Positions 36,256-45,040 of a stretch of 46,048 nt of DNA are shown in pieces. The stretch lies in NCBI GenBank assembly GCA_012798795.1, contig JAAZMN010000131.1, positions 1 through 46,048 of the forward strand, read 5' to 3'. The stretch's first letter is position 1. The number at the start of each line of letters is the position of its first letter. This DNA comes from Bacillota bacterium (GTDB taxonomy: Bacteria > Bacillota > Limnochordia > Darwinibacteriales > DTU012). A program made the position numbers and the translations under genes. The notes beneath the pieces were generated by a model. It was not told the origin of the DNA. It ran no database searches and saw nothing but the letters and a program-made list of their open reading frames with translations.

Positions 36256-36270
36256 AAAAGGTGCTTTTTA
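36245..36270 (+). terminator. Rho-independent terminator overlapping the dapA stop
   Basis: AGCACCTTT (36245-36253) pairs with AAAGGTGCT (36257-36265), followed by TTTTT. Confidence 0.65.
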
Positions 36271-36290
36271 CATTTGTTAAGCCTGTATAG

Positions 36291-36319
36291 TTGTAAAAGC
36301 TAGTCAGTTGGTTTATAAT
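36291..36319 (+). promoter_or_regulatory. Putative sigma-A promoter for RNase J
   Basis: TTGTAA (36291-36296), a 17-nt spacer, then TATAAT (36314-36319). This leaves a leader of about 120 nt containing two small hairpins. Confidence 0.4.
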
Positions 36320-36444
36320 AGGTTTAATGAGTTTGTTCGGAAAGCTATATTTTAATATTAATCTACTGAAATTTATGGGCGGCGTAGATTATTAAGGTAA
36401 GTTACATCGAACATTTCGATTCAAAAATGGAGGCTGTTATATTT

Positions 36445-38112
36445 ATGGCGAAAAAAAACAATAAAATACGAATGATTTCACTTGGAGGAATCGGTGAAAT
36501 CGGGAAAAACATGATGGTCATTGAGTCAGGTAAAGATTTAATCATAATTGATGCGGGAGTCATGTTTCCTGAGGATGATATGCTGGGAGTTGATTTAGTA
36601 ATTCCCGATACTACGTATCTGGTTGAAAATGCAGATAGAATTAGAGCAATCTTTTTAACCCATGGACACGAGGACCATATCGGGGGAGTGCCGTTTTTAC
36701 TTAAACAGGTAAATATTCCTGTATATGGAACAAAGCTTACCTTAGGATTACTAAAGTTAAAATTAGCAGAGCATAATCTAGAACGTTCTACAGAGTTGAA
36801 AGAAATTAAAGCCGGCGATTATATTAAAATCGGTACATTTGGTGTCGAGTTTATTCATGTTAATCACAGCATTCCTGATGTAGTAGCTTTAGCTATTCAT
36901 ACGCCCTTAGGAGTAATTGTATATTGCAGTGATTTTAAATTTGATCAAACTCCGATTGACGGAAAGGTAACAGATTTTTATAAGCTTGCTGAGTTAGGTC
37001 GAAAAGGAGTTCTATGTCTGCTTTCAGATTCAACCAATGCTGAGCGCCCAGGCTATACTGAATCGGAAAGAATGGTAGGCGAAACATTTGCTCGAGTTTT
37101 TGCTAGGGCAGAGGGAAGAATATTTATTGCAACATTTGCATCAAATGTTCATCGTCTGCAACAGATTGTTGATGCAGCGGTAGCTCAAGGAAGAAAAATT
37201 GGTGTAATCGGGCGCAGTATGGTCAATGTGGTATCTATTGCTCAAGAATTAGGTTATTTGAAAATACCGCAGGGAATTCTGCTTGATATTGAACAAATTG
37301 ATAAGCTGCCGGCAAATAGGGTTGTTATTATTACAACCGGTTCGCAAGGAGAACCTATGTCAGCTTTAACCCGCATAGCTATGGTAGAGCATCGCCAACT
37401 TGAAATAGCTAAAGGCGATACTGTTATCATTTCTGCTAATCCGATACCTGGTAATGAAAAAAGTGTAGGCAAAATAATTAATCATTTATTTAAAGAAGGA
37501 GCTACAGTTGTTTATGAACCTCATTTAGGGATTCATACTTCAGGCCACGCTAAACAAGAAGAATTGAAACTTTTGTTAAATTTAACTAAGCCTAAGTACT
37601 TTATTCCTATTCACGGAGAGCATAGAATGTTGATGAAACATGCTGAATTAGCAGAATCAACGGGAATTCCGAAAGAAAATATCTGCATTACCGAAATAGG
37701 TTTAGTATTGGAATTCGATAAATCAGGTTTACGTGTTACCGATAGGGTGACATCAGGGCAGGTATTCGTTGATGGACTAGGTGTGGGTGATGTCGGCAAT
37801 ATAGTATTAAGGGATAGGCGTCAGCTTTCCAGCGATGGAATAGTTGTAGTTGTCGTCACTATTAATGGCAAGAATGGAGAAGTTATTTCAGGTCCTGATA
37901 TTGTTACTCGAGGATTTGTTTATGTAAGAGAATCCGAGCAGTTAATTGAAGAAGCTCGAGGCAGAGTCCGGCAGGTGTTAATGGAGTGTGAAGAACAAGG
38001 AATTAAAGAATGGGGCGTTTTAAAGCAGAGTATGCGCGAAGTACTATTCCGTTATTTTTATGAAAAAACAAAAAGACGCCCAATGATTCTCCCGGTGATT
38101 ATGGAAGTATAA
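36445..38112 (+). CDS. rnj: Ribonuclease J
   Basis: The metallo-beta-lactamase motif THGHEDHIGG, a beta-CASP domain and the N-terminus LGGIGEIGKNM. The start was taken at ATG 36445 (MAKKNNKIR...). Confidence 0.93.
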   Translation: MAKKNNKIRMISLGGIGEIGKNMMVIESGKDLIIIDAGVMFPEDDMLGVDLVIPDTTYLVENADRIRAIFLTHGHEDHIGGVPFLLKQVNIPVYGTKLTLGLLKLKLAEHNLERSTELKEIKAGDYIKIGTFGVEFIHVNHSIPDVVALAIHTPLGVIVYCSDFKFDQTPIDGKVTDFYKLAELGRKGVLCLLSDSTNAERPGYTESERMVGETFARVFARAEGRIFIATFASNVHRLQQIVDAAVAQGRKIGVIGRSMVNVVSIAQELGYLKIPQGILLDIEQIDKLPANRVVIITTGSQGEPMSALTRIAMVEHRQLEIAKGDTVIISANPIPGNEKSVGKIINHLFKEGATVVYEPHLGIHTSGHAKQEELKLLLNLTKPKYFIPIHGEHRMLMKHAELAESTGIPKENICITEIGLVLEFDKSGLRVTDRVTSGQVFVDGLGVGDVGNIVLRDRRQLSSDGIVVVVVTINGKNGEVISGPDIVTRGFVYVRESEQLIEEARGRVRQVLMECEEQGIKEWGVLKQSMREVLFRYFYEKTKRRPMILPVIMEV

Positions 38113-38176
38113 GTAAATGATTATTTTCATGTTTTGATCCTCATACTATATTTACTATGAGGAAAGGACTGAAGTT

Positions 38177-38986
38177 ATGGAATTGTTCCAAGAAGGGCAT
38201 CGTAATAATGATAGTTTTAGTCAACTTAGCAGTCAAGGCAATCAGGATCTTGCCCGGCATTCTGCTTTGCAGAATATTCGAAATTTAGGTCAGATGAATT
38301 TACCGGACGGCTCATCTGCTTTTCATGTTTTACCTGTTATTGGACAAATTGAGGGGCATCTTGTGTTACCTCCGCGCAATAAAACTACTAAGTATGAGCA
38401 TGTGATTCCACAGCTGGTAGCTATAGAACAAAATCCCCGCATAAAAGGTCTGCTGATTATTCTTAATACGGTAGGTGGAGATATTGAGGCAGGATTAGCC
38501 ATTGCTGAAATGATTAAATCAATGTCGAAACCGGCTGTTTCATTGGTCCTCGGCGGCGGACATTCTATCGGCACTCCTATAGCTGTGGCAGCGGATTATT
38601 CGTTTATTGCTGAAACGGCTACTATGACTATTCATCCGATTAGACTTACCGGATTAGTGATCGGTGTCCCTCAGACCTATGATTATTTAGATAAAATGCA
38701 GAAGCGCATTATTAAATTCATAGTGGATAACTCTCGCGTGTCTGTACAGCAGTTACAGGAAATGATGTTTCGAACCGGTGAATTAGTCCGAGATGTAGGC
38801 ACAGTATTAATTGGTGAAGAGGCTGTTCATTGCGGTCTGATTGATGAAGTAGGCGGTTTAGGAGCAGCAATAAGTAAACTGAGGATACTTGCTGAGAATT
38901 TGGAAAATATTGATGCTCAGCGTCAATTTCAACCCTTTGCCTGCCAGTATTCACCTTTTGTATACACGGGTATAGGGAGGAATTGA
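38177..38986 (+). CDS. tepA: ClpP-family translocation-enhancing protein TepA-like
   Basis: ClpP/crotonase fold ([21 protein letters not shown]...[11 protein letters not shown]). The position downstream of RNase J and upstream of ylzJ matches Bacillus. Confidence 0.8.
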   Translation: MELFQEGHRNNDSFSQLSSQGNQDLARHSALQNIRNLGQMNLPDGSSAFHVLPVIGQIEGHLVLPPRNKTTKYEHVIPQLVAIEQNPRIKGLLIILNTVGGDIEAGLAIAEMIKSMSKPAVSLVLGGGHSIGTPIAVAADYSFIAETATMTIHPIRLTGLVIGVPQTYDYLDKMQKRIIKFIVDNSRVSVQQLQEMMFRTGELVRDVGTVLIGEEAVHCGLIDEVGGLGAAISKLRILAENLENIDAQRQFQPFACQYSPFVYTGIGRN

Positions 38987-38987
38987 T

Positions 38988-39197
38988 ATGCTTTATTCCA
39001 TCATTCCTAATGAAGAGATTTGGGCAGAAACAGACGAAGTTGGCATCTATGAATTGTCTATAAATGGCTGTAGGATGCAGGTAGCTTCGGTAGATGGAAA
39101 TAGCGGTGTATTGATTCGTATTCTCAGTACTGATCCGCAGGACTACTTAAATCCGAAGTATCAACCAGGTACGTCAATACCTTTTATCCGGGATTAA
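38988..39197 (+). CDS. ylzJ: YlzJ-like family protein
   Basis: 69 aa beginning MLYSIIPNEEIW..., starting 1 nt after the tepA stop. The conserved tepA-ylzJ pairing supports the call. Confidence 0.7.
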   Translation: MLYSIIPNEEIWAETDEVGIYELSINGCRMQVASVDGNSGVLIRILSTDPQDYLNPKYQPGTSIPFIRD

Positions 39198-39237
39198 CAA
39201 GACGTATATTCATGTTAGCAGCTGCATATATTTTCCC

Positions 39238-40170
39238 ATGGGGATTTTAGCATTACTGTTAAAGCTTGGTTTTAGTTTGTTGATTTTCATGATAAGTTTG
39301 CGGTTAATCAGTTACAGTGTTCAAGCAGCTATTGGCCGACGGTTACGTCGATTTTTGAAGATATTGACTTATAATCCGCTCATTAGCGTAATATCCGGTG
39401 CCATTGTTACAGCAGTATTGCAGAGCAGCAGTATGGTTGCAGCATTGATGGTAGCTTTAGTAAATGCTGGAGAACTTAGTTTAAAACAAGCCTTTGGTGT
39501 CATTTTAGGTGCTAATATCGGGACGACGATTACAGCTCAGATTATTACCGTGAATGTATCTCAATTAGCAATACCTATTTTGATCTGCGGGCTTTTTTTG
39601 TTGCCTTGGAATAAGCAGTGTAGTTCTATCGGTGCAGTGTTGGTTGGATTCGGAGGTCTGTTTATTGGTCTTGAATCAATGAGGTTTAGCTTACTGCCCT
39701 TATTGGAACAGCCGATAATCAGGCAAGGCTTAATAGATTTAAGCTCCAATGTTTATTATGGTGTTTTAATAGGAATTGTCATTACTGCAGTTGTGCAGTC
39801 AAGCAGTGCTGTAACTAGTATGGTTATAGTACTGGCGAGAGTAAATGCAATATCTTTGTTGGGGGCAGTGGCCGTTGCACTTGGAAGTAATATTGGAACA
39901 GTAGCTACCACTATTATTGCCGGCATTGGCATGTCTAAGGAAGCCCGAGCCACAGCTTATGCTGATTTATTATTTAATGTCTTAGGCGTTATTATTGTTC
40001 TTCCTGTGATTTATCAATTTACATATTTAATTTCATTAACAGCAGCAAGTGTACCAAAACAAATTGCTAATGCGCACACCTTATTTAATGTTGTCACAGC
40101 TGTATTTGGACTTCCGCTGATAAATACTTTATCTAAGGTTACTCGTAGATGGGCAGGAATAACAGAGTAA
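39238..40170 (+). CDS. Na/Pi cotransporter family protein (short form)
   Basis: Two repeats of the Na_Pi_cotrans motif (AVLQSSSMVAALMVAL / GANIGTT and AVVQSSSAVTSMVIVL / GSNIGT). There is no C-terminal PhoU-like domain. Confidence 0.8.
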   Translation: MGILALLLKLGFSLLIFMISLRLISYSVQAAIGRRLRRFLKILTYNPLISVISGAIVTAVLQSSSMVAALMVALVNAGELSLKQAFGVILGANIGTTITAQIITVNVSQLAIPILICGLFLLPWNKQCSSIGAVLVGFGGLFIGLESMRFSLLPLLEQPIIRQGLIDLSSNVYYGVLIGIVITAVVQSSSAVTSMVIVLARVNAISLLGAVAVALGSNIGTVATTIIAGIGMSKEARATAYADLLFNVLGVIIVLPVIYQFTYLISLTAASVPKQIANAHTLFNVVTAVFGLPLINTLSKVTRRWAGITE

Positions 40171-40214
40171 AGCAAGAAATAGAAATAATAAAATATTTTA
40201 GGAGTTGTTTATAA

Positions 40215-41039
40215 ATGAATCTGCTGGAGGCTGTCTTTTTAGGATTGGTTCAGGGGTTAACTGAGTTTTTACCAGTGAGCTCATCTGGGCATTTAGTGCT
40301 GTTTGGTGCGTTATTAGGAATAGAAGAACCGACAATCGTATTTGAAATACTACTTCATTTTGGAACGCTGATTGCTGTCTTTGTTGTTTTTTGGTCTGAT
40401 ATAATTGATTTACTTAAGGCAGCTTATAAACTTATATCCCAGCCGAAACGGTATAAACAGTTGATGAATGAAGATGCTAATGTACGCATTGTCTTAGGAA
40501 TAATTCTCGGTACTATACCCGTTGTTATAGTTGGCTTTTTATTTAAAGATTTTATTTCTCAATTATTTAATGCTCCAGTAGTTGCTGGCTTAATGCTGAT
40601 TGTTACCGGAACAATACTCTACATTTCAGATAAAGCTTATACAGACGAAAAGCCAGCAAAGGCCATTGAGCCAAAAGACGGACTAATAATAGGATTAGGT
40701 CAAGCTGTTGCAGTGATTCCTGGAATTTCCCGTTCGGGTACTACAATAGCAGTAGGGCTATTAAGAGGAATTCAGCGAGAAAGTGCTGCGAAATTTTCAT
40801 TTCTTTTAAGTATTCCGGCAGTTTTAGGGTCCCAAATTTTGGCACTAAGTGAAGTATTTGCTGCCCAAACAGTTACCACTCCTTTTTGGGTAATGGCTGT
40901 AGGGACCTTAGTATCAGCAGTTACCGGATATTTTGCTATTAAACTGCTATTAAATATTTTACAAAAAAGAAAGCTGGTATTCTTTTCGTATTATACATGG
41001 TTTGTTGGCTTATTAGTGGTGTTTTTAAGTTTGAAATAA
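40215..41039 (+). CDS. uppP: Undecaprenyl-diphosphate phosphatase
   Basis: GLTEFLPVSSSGHL and PGISRSGTTI motifs. Confidence 0.93.
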   Translation: MNLLEAVFLGLVQGLTEFLPVSSSGHLVLFGALLGIEEPTIVFEILLHFGTLIAVFVVFWSDIIDLLKAAYKLISQPKRYKQLMNEDANVRIVLGIILGTIPVVIVGFLFKDFISQLFNAPVVAGLMLIVTGTILYISDKAYTDEKPAKAIEPKDGLIIGLGQAVAVIPGISRSGTTIAVGLLRGIQRESAAKFSFLLSIPAVLGSQILALSEVFAAQTVTTPFWVMAVGTLVSAVTGYFAIKLLLNILQKRKLVFFSYYTWFVGLLVVFLSLK

Positions 41040-41113
41040 GCAGGAAAGCATGGATTCTTTAGCGAACTTGTTGTTTATAGCTTAATCATTGAAAATTATA
41101 GGAGAGACAGAGA

Positions 41114-41788
41114 ATGGATTTATCTTTCAATCTGTCAACTGTTCGCACAAGAATTGCCCAAGCCTGTGCTCGTGTTGGGCGAGATCCCAAATCAGTTAAG
41201 TTACTTGCCGTAACGAAAGCGGTCAGTGATGATGTTGTAGCTGAATTATTGCGACTTGGAATAAGTTCTTTTGGAGAAAATCGTGTTCAGCAGGGCAGGA
41301 AGCGAGCTGAGTTGTTTCCGCAAGCAGATTGGCATTTAATAGGGAGTCTTCAAACGAATAAAGTTAAACACTGTCAAGATTTTTCATTGATTCACTCTCT
41401 TGATAGGTTGAAATTAGCTGAGGAATTAAACTCACGGGCTGTAAAATGGCAAAAATCAGTTGATGTTCTAATTCAAGTTAATATTTCTCGAGAAGCATCT
41501 AAGCATGGTTTACCAGTGGAAAAGGTATGTGAATTTGCAAAAAGAGTTACTCAAGAATTTGAGTATCTAAATTTATGCGGACTGATGGGAATGGCTCCAT
41601 TTACTGAACCGGAAAAGACCCGAAATTGTTTTCGGGAATTGGCTGATCTTCAACAGGAGTTAAAAGTGAAAGTGAAGCCGGATCTGGAAGTGTTATCTAT
41701 GGGAATGAGTAACGATTTTGAGGTAGCTGTTGAAGAAGGCTCAACGCTGGTGAGAATTGGTTCAGCCTTATTTAAAGGGGAGGTTTAA
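41114..41788 (+). CDS. ylmE: YggS/YlmE-family pyridoxal-phosphate homeostasis protein
   Basis: LLAVTKAV (PLP Lys), FGENRVQ, HLIGSLQTNK, SMGMSNDFE and VRIGSALFG-like motifs. Confidence 0.9.
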   Translation: MDLSFNLSTVRTRIAQACARVGRDPKSVKLLAVTKAVSDDVVAELLRLGISSFGENRVQQGRKRAELFPQADWHLIGSLQTNKVKHCQDFSLIHSLDRLKLAEELNSRAVKWQKSVDVLIQVNISREASKHGLPVEKVCEFAKRVTQEFEYLNLCGLMGMAPFTEPEKTRNCFRELADLQQELKVKVKPDLEVLSMGMSNDFEVAVEEGSTLVRIGSALFKGEV

Positions 41789-41791
41789 CAA

Positions 41792-42229
41792 ATGGCATCA
41801 GTATTTGATAAGGTGTTAATTTTATTAGGTGTACGCGATGAGGAAGGTGAAGACGAGAAAGTTGAAGAAAATTTGGAGTCTTTGCCAACACGAAAAAGAA
41901 ATGAGCCCAGAATACGCAAAAGCAATCTTGTTAGCCTTGAAGGCGGAGTTAAGCAGGTGCGTATGATGATTATTGAACCAAACGAATTTGAAGAAGTACG
42001 TACATATGTGGATCACCTTAAGAACAAACATCCTTTGATCATTAGATTAACTCATTTGAGTGTTGATGAAGCAAGGCGAATTGTAGATTTTATGAGTGGT
42101 GCCACTTATGCAGTTGATGGTAATATGCGTAAGTTAGGCGACATGATTTTTTTCTTTGCTCCACAATCAGTAGTGATCGAAGGAGAGTTAGAGGCCTCAA
42201 TATTTGACTTAAAGGAGTTTGAAGAATGA
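41792..42229 (+). CDS. sepF: Cell division protein SepF
   Basis: The C-terminal SepF domain runs EPNEFEEVRTYVDHLKNKHPLIIRL...RIVDFMSGATYAVDGNMRKLGDMIFFFAP. Confidence 0.88.
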   Translation: MASVFDKVLILLGVRDEEGEDEKVEENLESLPTRKRNEPRIRKSNLVSLEGGVKQVRMMIIEPNEFEEVRTYVDHLKNKHPLIIRLTHLSVDEARRIVDFMSGATYAVDGNMRKLGDMIFFFAPQSVVIEGELEASIFDLKEFEE

Positions 42230-43008
42230 AAATAGGGATTGTAGGTGTTGGGGCAATGGGCGGAGCGATTGTCTCAAGATTACTACAGCATACATGGAAA
42301 TCTCAGACCGATTTTCAGCTGGTAATCTGCGAACTGGATCTGCATAAGCGACAGCAGTTTGAAGATTATGACTGCGTCGTTGCCACCGATAAAATCAGCA
42401 ATTTAAATAACTGCGATATGGTAATTGTAGCTGTAAAGCCTAAAGCTGTTGCAGATGTTCTTACTCACATAGCTGGGCTTGATATTTCTATTGTTGTCTC
42501 AATTGCTGCTGGAATATCCATCGCTGAATTGACTAAAATTAGCAATAAACCAGTGGCTCGAGTTATGCCTAATACTCCCTGTAAGATCGGTGAAGGTATT
42601 TCTGCGGTTGCTTTTTCCGAGGATGTTCAAGCGGAAGAAAGAAACAAAGTTAAGCAGCTATTTGCGGTGTTAGGTGAGATAGTGGAGGTAGAAGAGAGAC
42701 TATTTCCTGTAGTAACAGCTTTAAGCGGATGTGGGCCAGCTTATGTTTATCTTATGATTGAAGCGTTAATTGATGCTGGCTGTGCTCACGGCTTAATGCG
42801 GGATACAGCTAAAAAATTGATTGTAACAACATTTATCGGTTCTGCCAAACTGCTGCAGGAATCTTCCTTACATCCTGCAGTGCTTAAAGATCAAGTTACA
42901 TCCCCACAAGGCGTTACCGTTCAAGCACTGCATGTACTAGAGCAGAAGGGCTTACGCGGTATTTTGTGGGATGCGGTTAATCAAGCCGTTAACAGCACTA
43001 AGGAGTAA
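42226..43008 (+). CDS. proC: Pyrroline-5-carboxylate reductase
   Basis: GIVGVGAMGGAI and VTSPQGVTVQALHVLEQKGLRG motifs. An ATGA overlap links it to the sepF stop. Confidence 0.9.
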   Translation: MKIGIVGVGAMGGAIVSRLLQHTWKSQTDFQLVICELDLHKRQQFEDYDCVVATDKISNLNNCDMVIVAVKPKAVADVLTHIAGLDISIVVSIAAGISIAELTKISNKPVARVMPNTPCKIGEGISAVAFSEDVQAEERNKVKQLFAVLGEIVEVEERLFPVVTALSGCGPAYVYLMIEALIDAGCAHGLMRDTAKKLIVTTFIGSAKLLQESSLHPAVLKDQVTSPQGVTVQALHVLEQKGLRGILWDAVNQAVNSTKE

Positions 43009-43029
43009 ATATAATATTTTAAAAGGATG

Positions 43030-43302
43030 ATGTTTTCAATGTTAATTGCATTGGTTAACAGTATTTTTAATGTCTATCACTTAATTCTATTGGCGCGGGT
43101 GTTTATGAGTTGGCTGCCTAATTTAGACCCGACTCATCCGGTTGTTATGTTTTTATATGGAGTAACAGAACCAGTACTGCGTCCGATTCGTAATTTACTG
43201 CCTACAGGAACAATGTTTGATTTTTCACCTATTGTTATATTTTTGCTTTTACCCATTGTTCAGAGGTTGGTGATACAGCTGCTGGCAGCGTTCTTATATT
43301 AA
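43030..43302 (+). CDS. ylmG: YggT/YlmG-family membrane protein
   Basis: ILLARVFMSWLP...P...EPVLRPIRNLLP...DFSPIV signature. Starts at 43027 and 43030 are both possible. Confidence 0.85.
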   Translation: MFSMLIALVNSIFNVYHLILLARVFMSWLPNLDPTHPVVMFLYGVTEPVLRPIRNLLPTGTMFDFSPIVIFLLLPIVQRLVIQLLAAFLY

Positions 43303-43349
43303 TTATAAATATATATTTAGAAGAAAGTCAGACAAGGAGTGTTTATTGA

Positions 43350-44135
43350 GTGGATAGGCAAAGACTGACTGCCCATCTTGTAGACGATCATGAAAAAAGC
43401 ATTGCCCTTGCAGTTATTGATGCTGCCGAGTTAGCGTGGAAAACCAATCATGTTCAGGTAACCTGTTTCTATGATCCCTATGAGCAAAAAGTAGCCAAGA
43501 GTGTGTTATCTCTTATTCCAGAAGTAAATGTACTAACATTTGGCGGATATCGTCGAGCTGAACGCAATCGATTAGCAATAACACCGCAGTTTTTTCTAAC
43601 TGAAGCTGTTAAATTGCCGATTAGAGTTATTGAGGTCAAAGGCAATTTTGATTTTGTAAAAATTTCACATAGGGATTTTCTTGGTTCGCTGTTGGGTTTA
43701 GGCATAAAAAGAAATAAAGTCGGGGATTTACTCTGCCAGGATGACGGATGTCAAGTAATAGTTGCCGATGAGATTGCTGACTATATTTTACTTAATTGGA
43801 AGAAGGTTCATCAAGTTCCAGTGCGGATTTCAGAGATCGATCCTCAGCAGTTGGTTGTCGAACCCGAGAGGGTTAAAGAGATTAAAACTACTGTTGCATC
43901 AATGCGGCTGGATGCTATTGCAGCCTCGGGTTTTGGTTTATCAAGAACAAAAATGGCACGTGAGATAAAGGGTGAGCGAGTCAAGGTTAATTGGAAAGTT
44001 ATAAGCAATCCTGCTTATGATATTAATGTGGGAGATGTGCTTTCAGTTCCAGGCCGCGGCCGAGTTGTTGTGAAGCGAATAACTGGAACAACTAAAAAAG
44101 GGAGGACGGGATTAATTTTGCAGCGATTAATTTAA
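43350..44135 (+). CDS. ylmH: YlmH-family RNA-binding (S4-domain) division-cluster protein
   Basis: FYDPYEQ, GGYRRAERNRLAI and HRDFLGSLLGLGIKRNKVGD motifs plus a C-terminal S4 domain (RLDAIAASGFGLSRTKMAREIKGERVKVNW). The start is GTG. Confidence 0.8.
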   Translation: MDRQRLTAHLVDDHEKSIALAVIDAAELAWKTNHVQVTCFYDPYEQKVAKSVLSLIPEVNVLTFGGYRRAERNRLAITPQFFLTEAVKLPIRVIEVKGNFDFVKISHRDFLGSLLGLGIKRNKVGDLLCQDDGCQVIVADEIADYILLNWKKVHQVPVRISEIDPQQLVVEPERVKEIKTTVASMRLDAIAASGFGLSRTKMAREIKGERVKVNWKVISNPAYDINVGDVLSVPGRGRVVVKRITGTTKKGRTGLILQRLI

Positions 44136-44182
44136 TGTGATTAACATAAGACTGCAAGACTAAAACATAGGAGGAAGGCTTA

Positions 44183-44755
44183 ATGTTAAAACCGATTGAT
44201 ATTCATAATGCGGAGTTTAAGCGTTCATTTAAAGGGTATAATGAAGAAGAAGTAGATAATTTTCTAGCGAAGATTCTCAGTAAATATGAGTCTATATATC
44301 AGGAAAACAAGGAATTATATGATCGGGTAAAAGAATTAGAAGAGGAAATCCGCAAATACCAAAGTAAAGAAGACGATATCTACGGTTTGATTACATTAAC
44401 ACGAGAAACCGTGACAGAGGCTAAACAAATTGCCGCTCAGCATGGTCAATCTGTTGTTGATGAAGCCACTGCTAAAGCTAAGGCAATTATTGAAGAGGCC
44501 AAAGGGCAGGCAGAGCAGATATTAAGAGACAGCGAAAGACAGTTAGAACAAAAGCAGAGGCGTATTAAGGAATTAGTTTCTAAAGAGCAGGAGTTCAAGA
44601 ATAAAATGCGGACGCTGATGGAAACATTTTGGGCTATGCTTGAAGATTTGGATGCATATTCATCATTAGTGGATGATGAAGTTGAAACAACAAAAGTATA
44701 TAAAGAATTAGCTACAGCAGATGCACATTTTGATGCTGAGGAAATTGATTGTTAA
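44183..44755 (+). CDS. divIVA: Cell division/polarity protein DivIVA
   Basis: LKPIDIHNAEFKRSFKGYNEEEVDNFL lipid-binding N-terminus followed by coiled-coil. Confidence 0.9.
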   Translation: MLKPIDIHNAEFKRSFKGYNEEEVDNFLAKILSKYESIYQENKELYDRVKELEEEIRKYQSKEDDIYGLITLTRETVTEAKQIAAQHGQSVVDEATAKAKAIIEEAKGQAEQILRDSERQLEQKQRRIKELVSKEQEFKNKMRTLMETFWAMLEDLDAYSSLVDDEVETTKVYKELATADAHFDAEEIDC

Positions 44756-44758
44756 CAC

Positions 44759-44788
44759 TTGACTTTGATTGTTAGTATCTAGTATAAT
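44759..44788 (+). promoter_or_regulatory. Putative sigma-A promoter of the ileS leader
   Basis: TTGACT (44759-44764), an 18-nt spacer, then TATAAT (44783-44788). Confidence 0.5.
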
Positions 44789-44794
44789 TAAGCA

Positions 44795-45024
44795 AAACGT
44801 TGAAGAGGAAAGTATAAGAAGTAAGAGGTTATAGCGAACCGGGGAGGGTGGAAGCTCGGCACCAATTCTTCTTTAGAAGATCACCTCGGAGTTGGCAGCC
44901 TGAAAGTTGCAGTAGGGCTGCTCGGTTGTTCCGTTACAGCTATTGAGTGAAGGCTTTTAGAGTCTTAACTAGGGTGGTACCGCGAGCTGCTCTCGTCCCT
45001 GAATTTTGGGGAAGAGAGTTTTTT
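44795..45024 (+). promoter_or_regulatory. T-box leader (tRNA-Ile specific) with terminator/antiterminator
   Basis: The conserved T-box sequence AACTAGGGTGGTACCGCG lies at 44966-44983. The candidate specifier AUC (44880-44882) is followed by A. The terminator pairs CTCTCGTCCC (44989-44998) with GGGGAAGAGAG (45007-45017) and is followed by T7. It sits directly upstream of ileS. Confidence 0.85.
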
Positions 45025-45040
45025 TATTTAGGAGGCGATT

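Noticed and set aside
43762-43968. 68-aa plus-strand ORF in an alternative frame inside ylmH
   Set aside because: It is fully nested in the well-supported ylmH frame. It has no RBS and a basic, low-complexity product.
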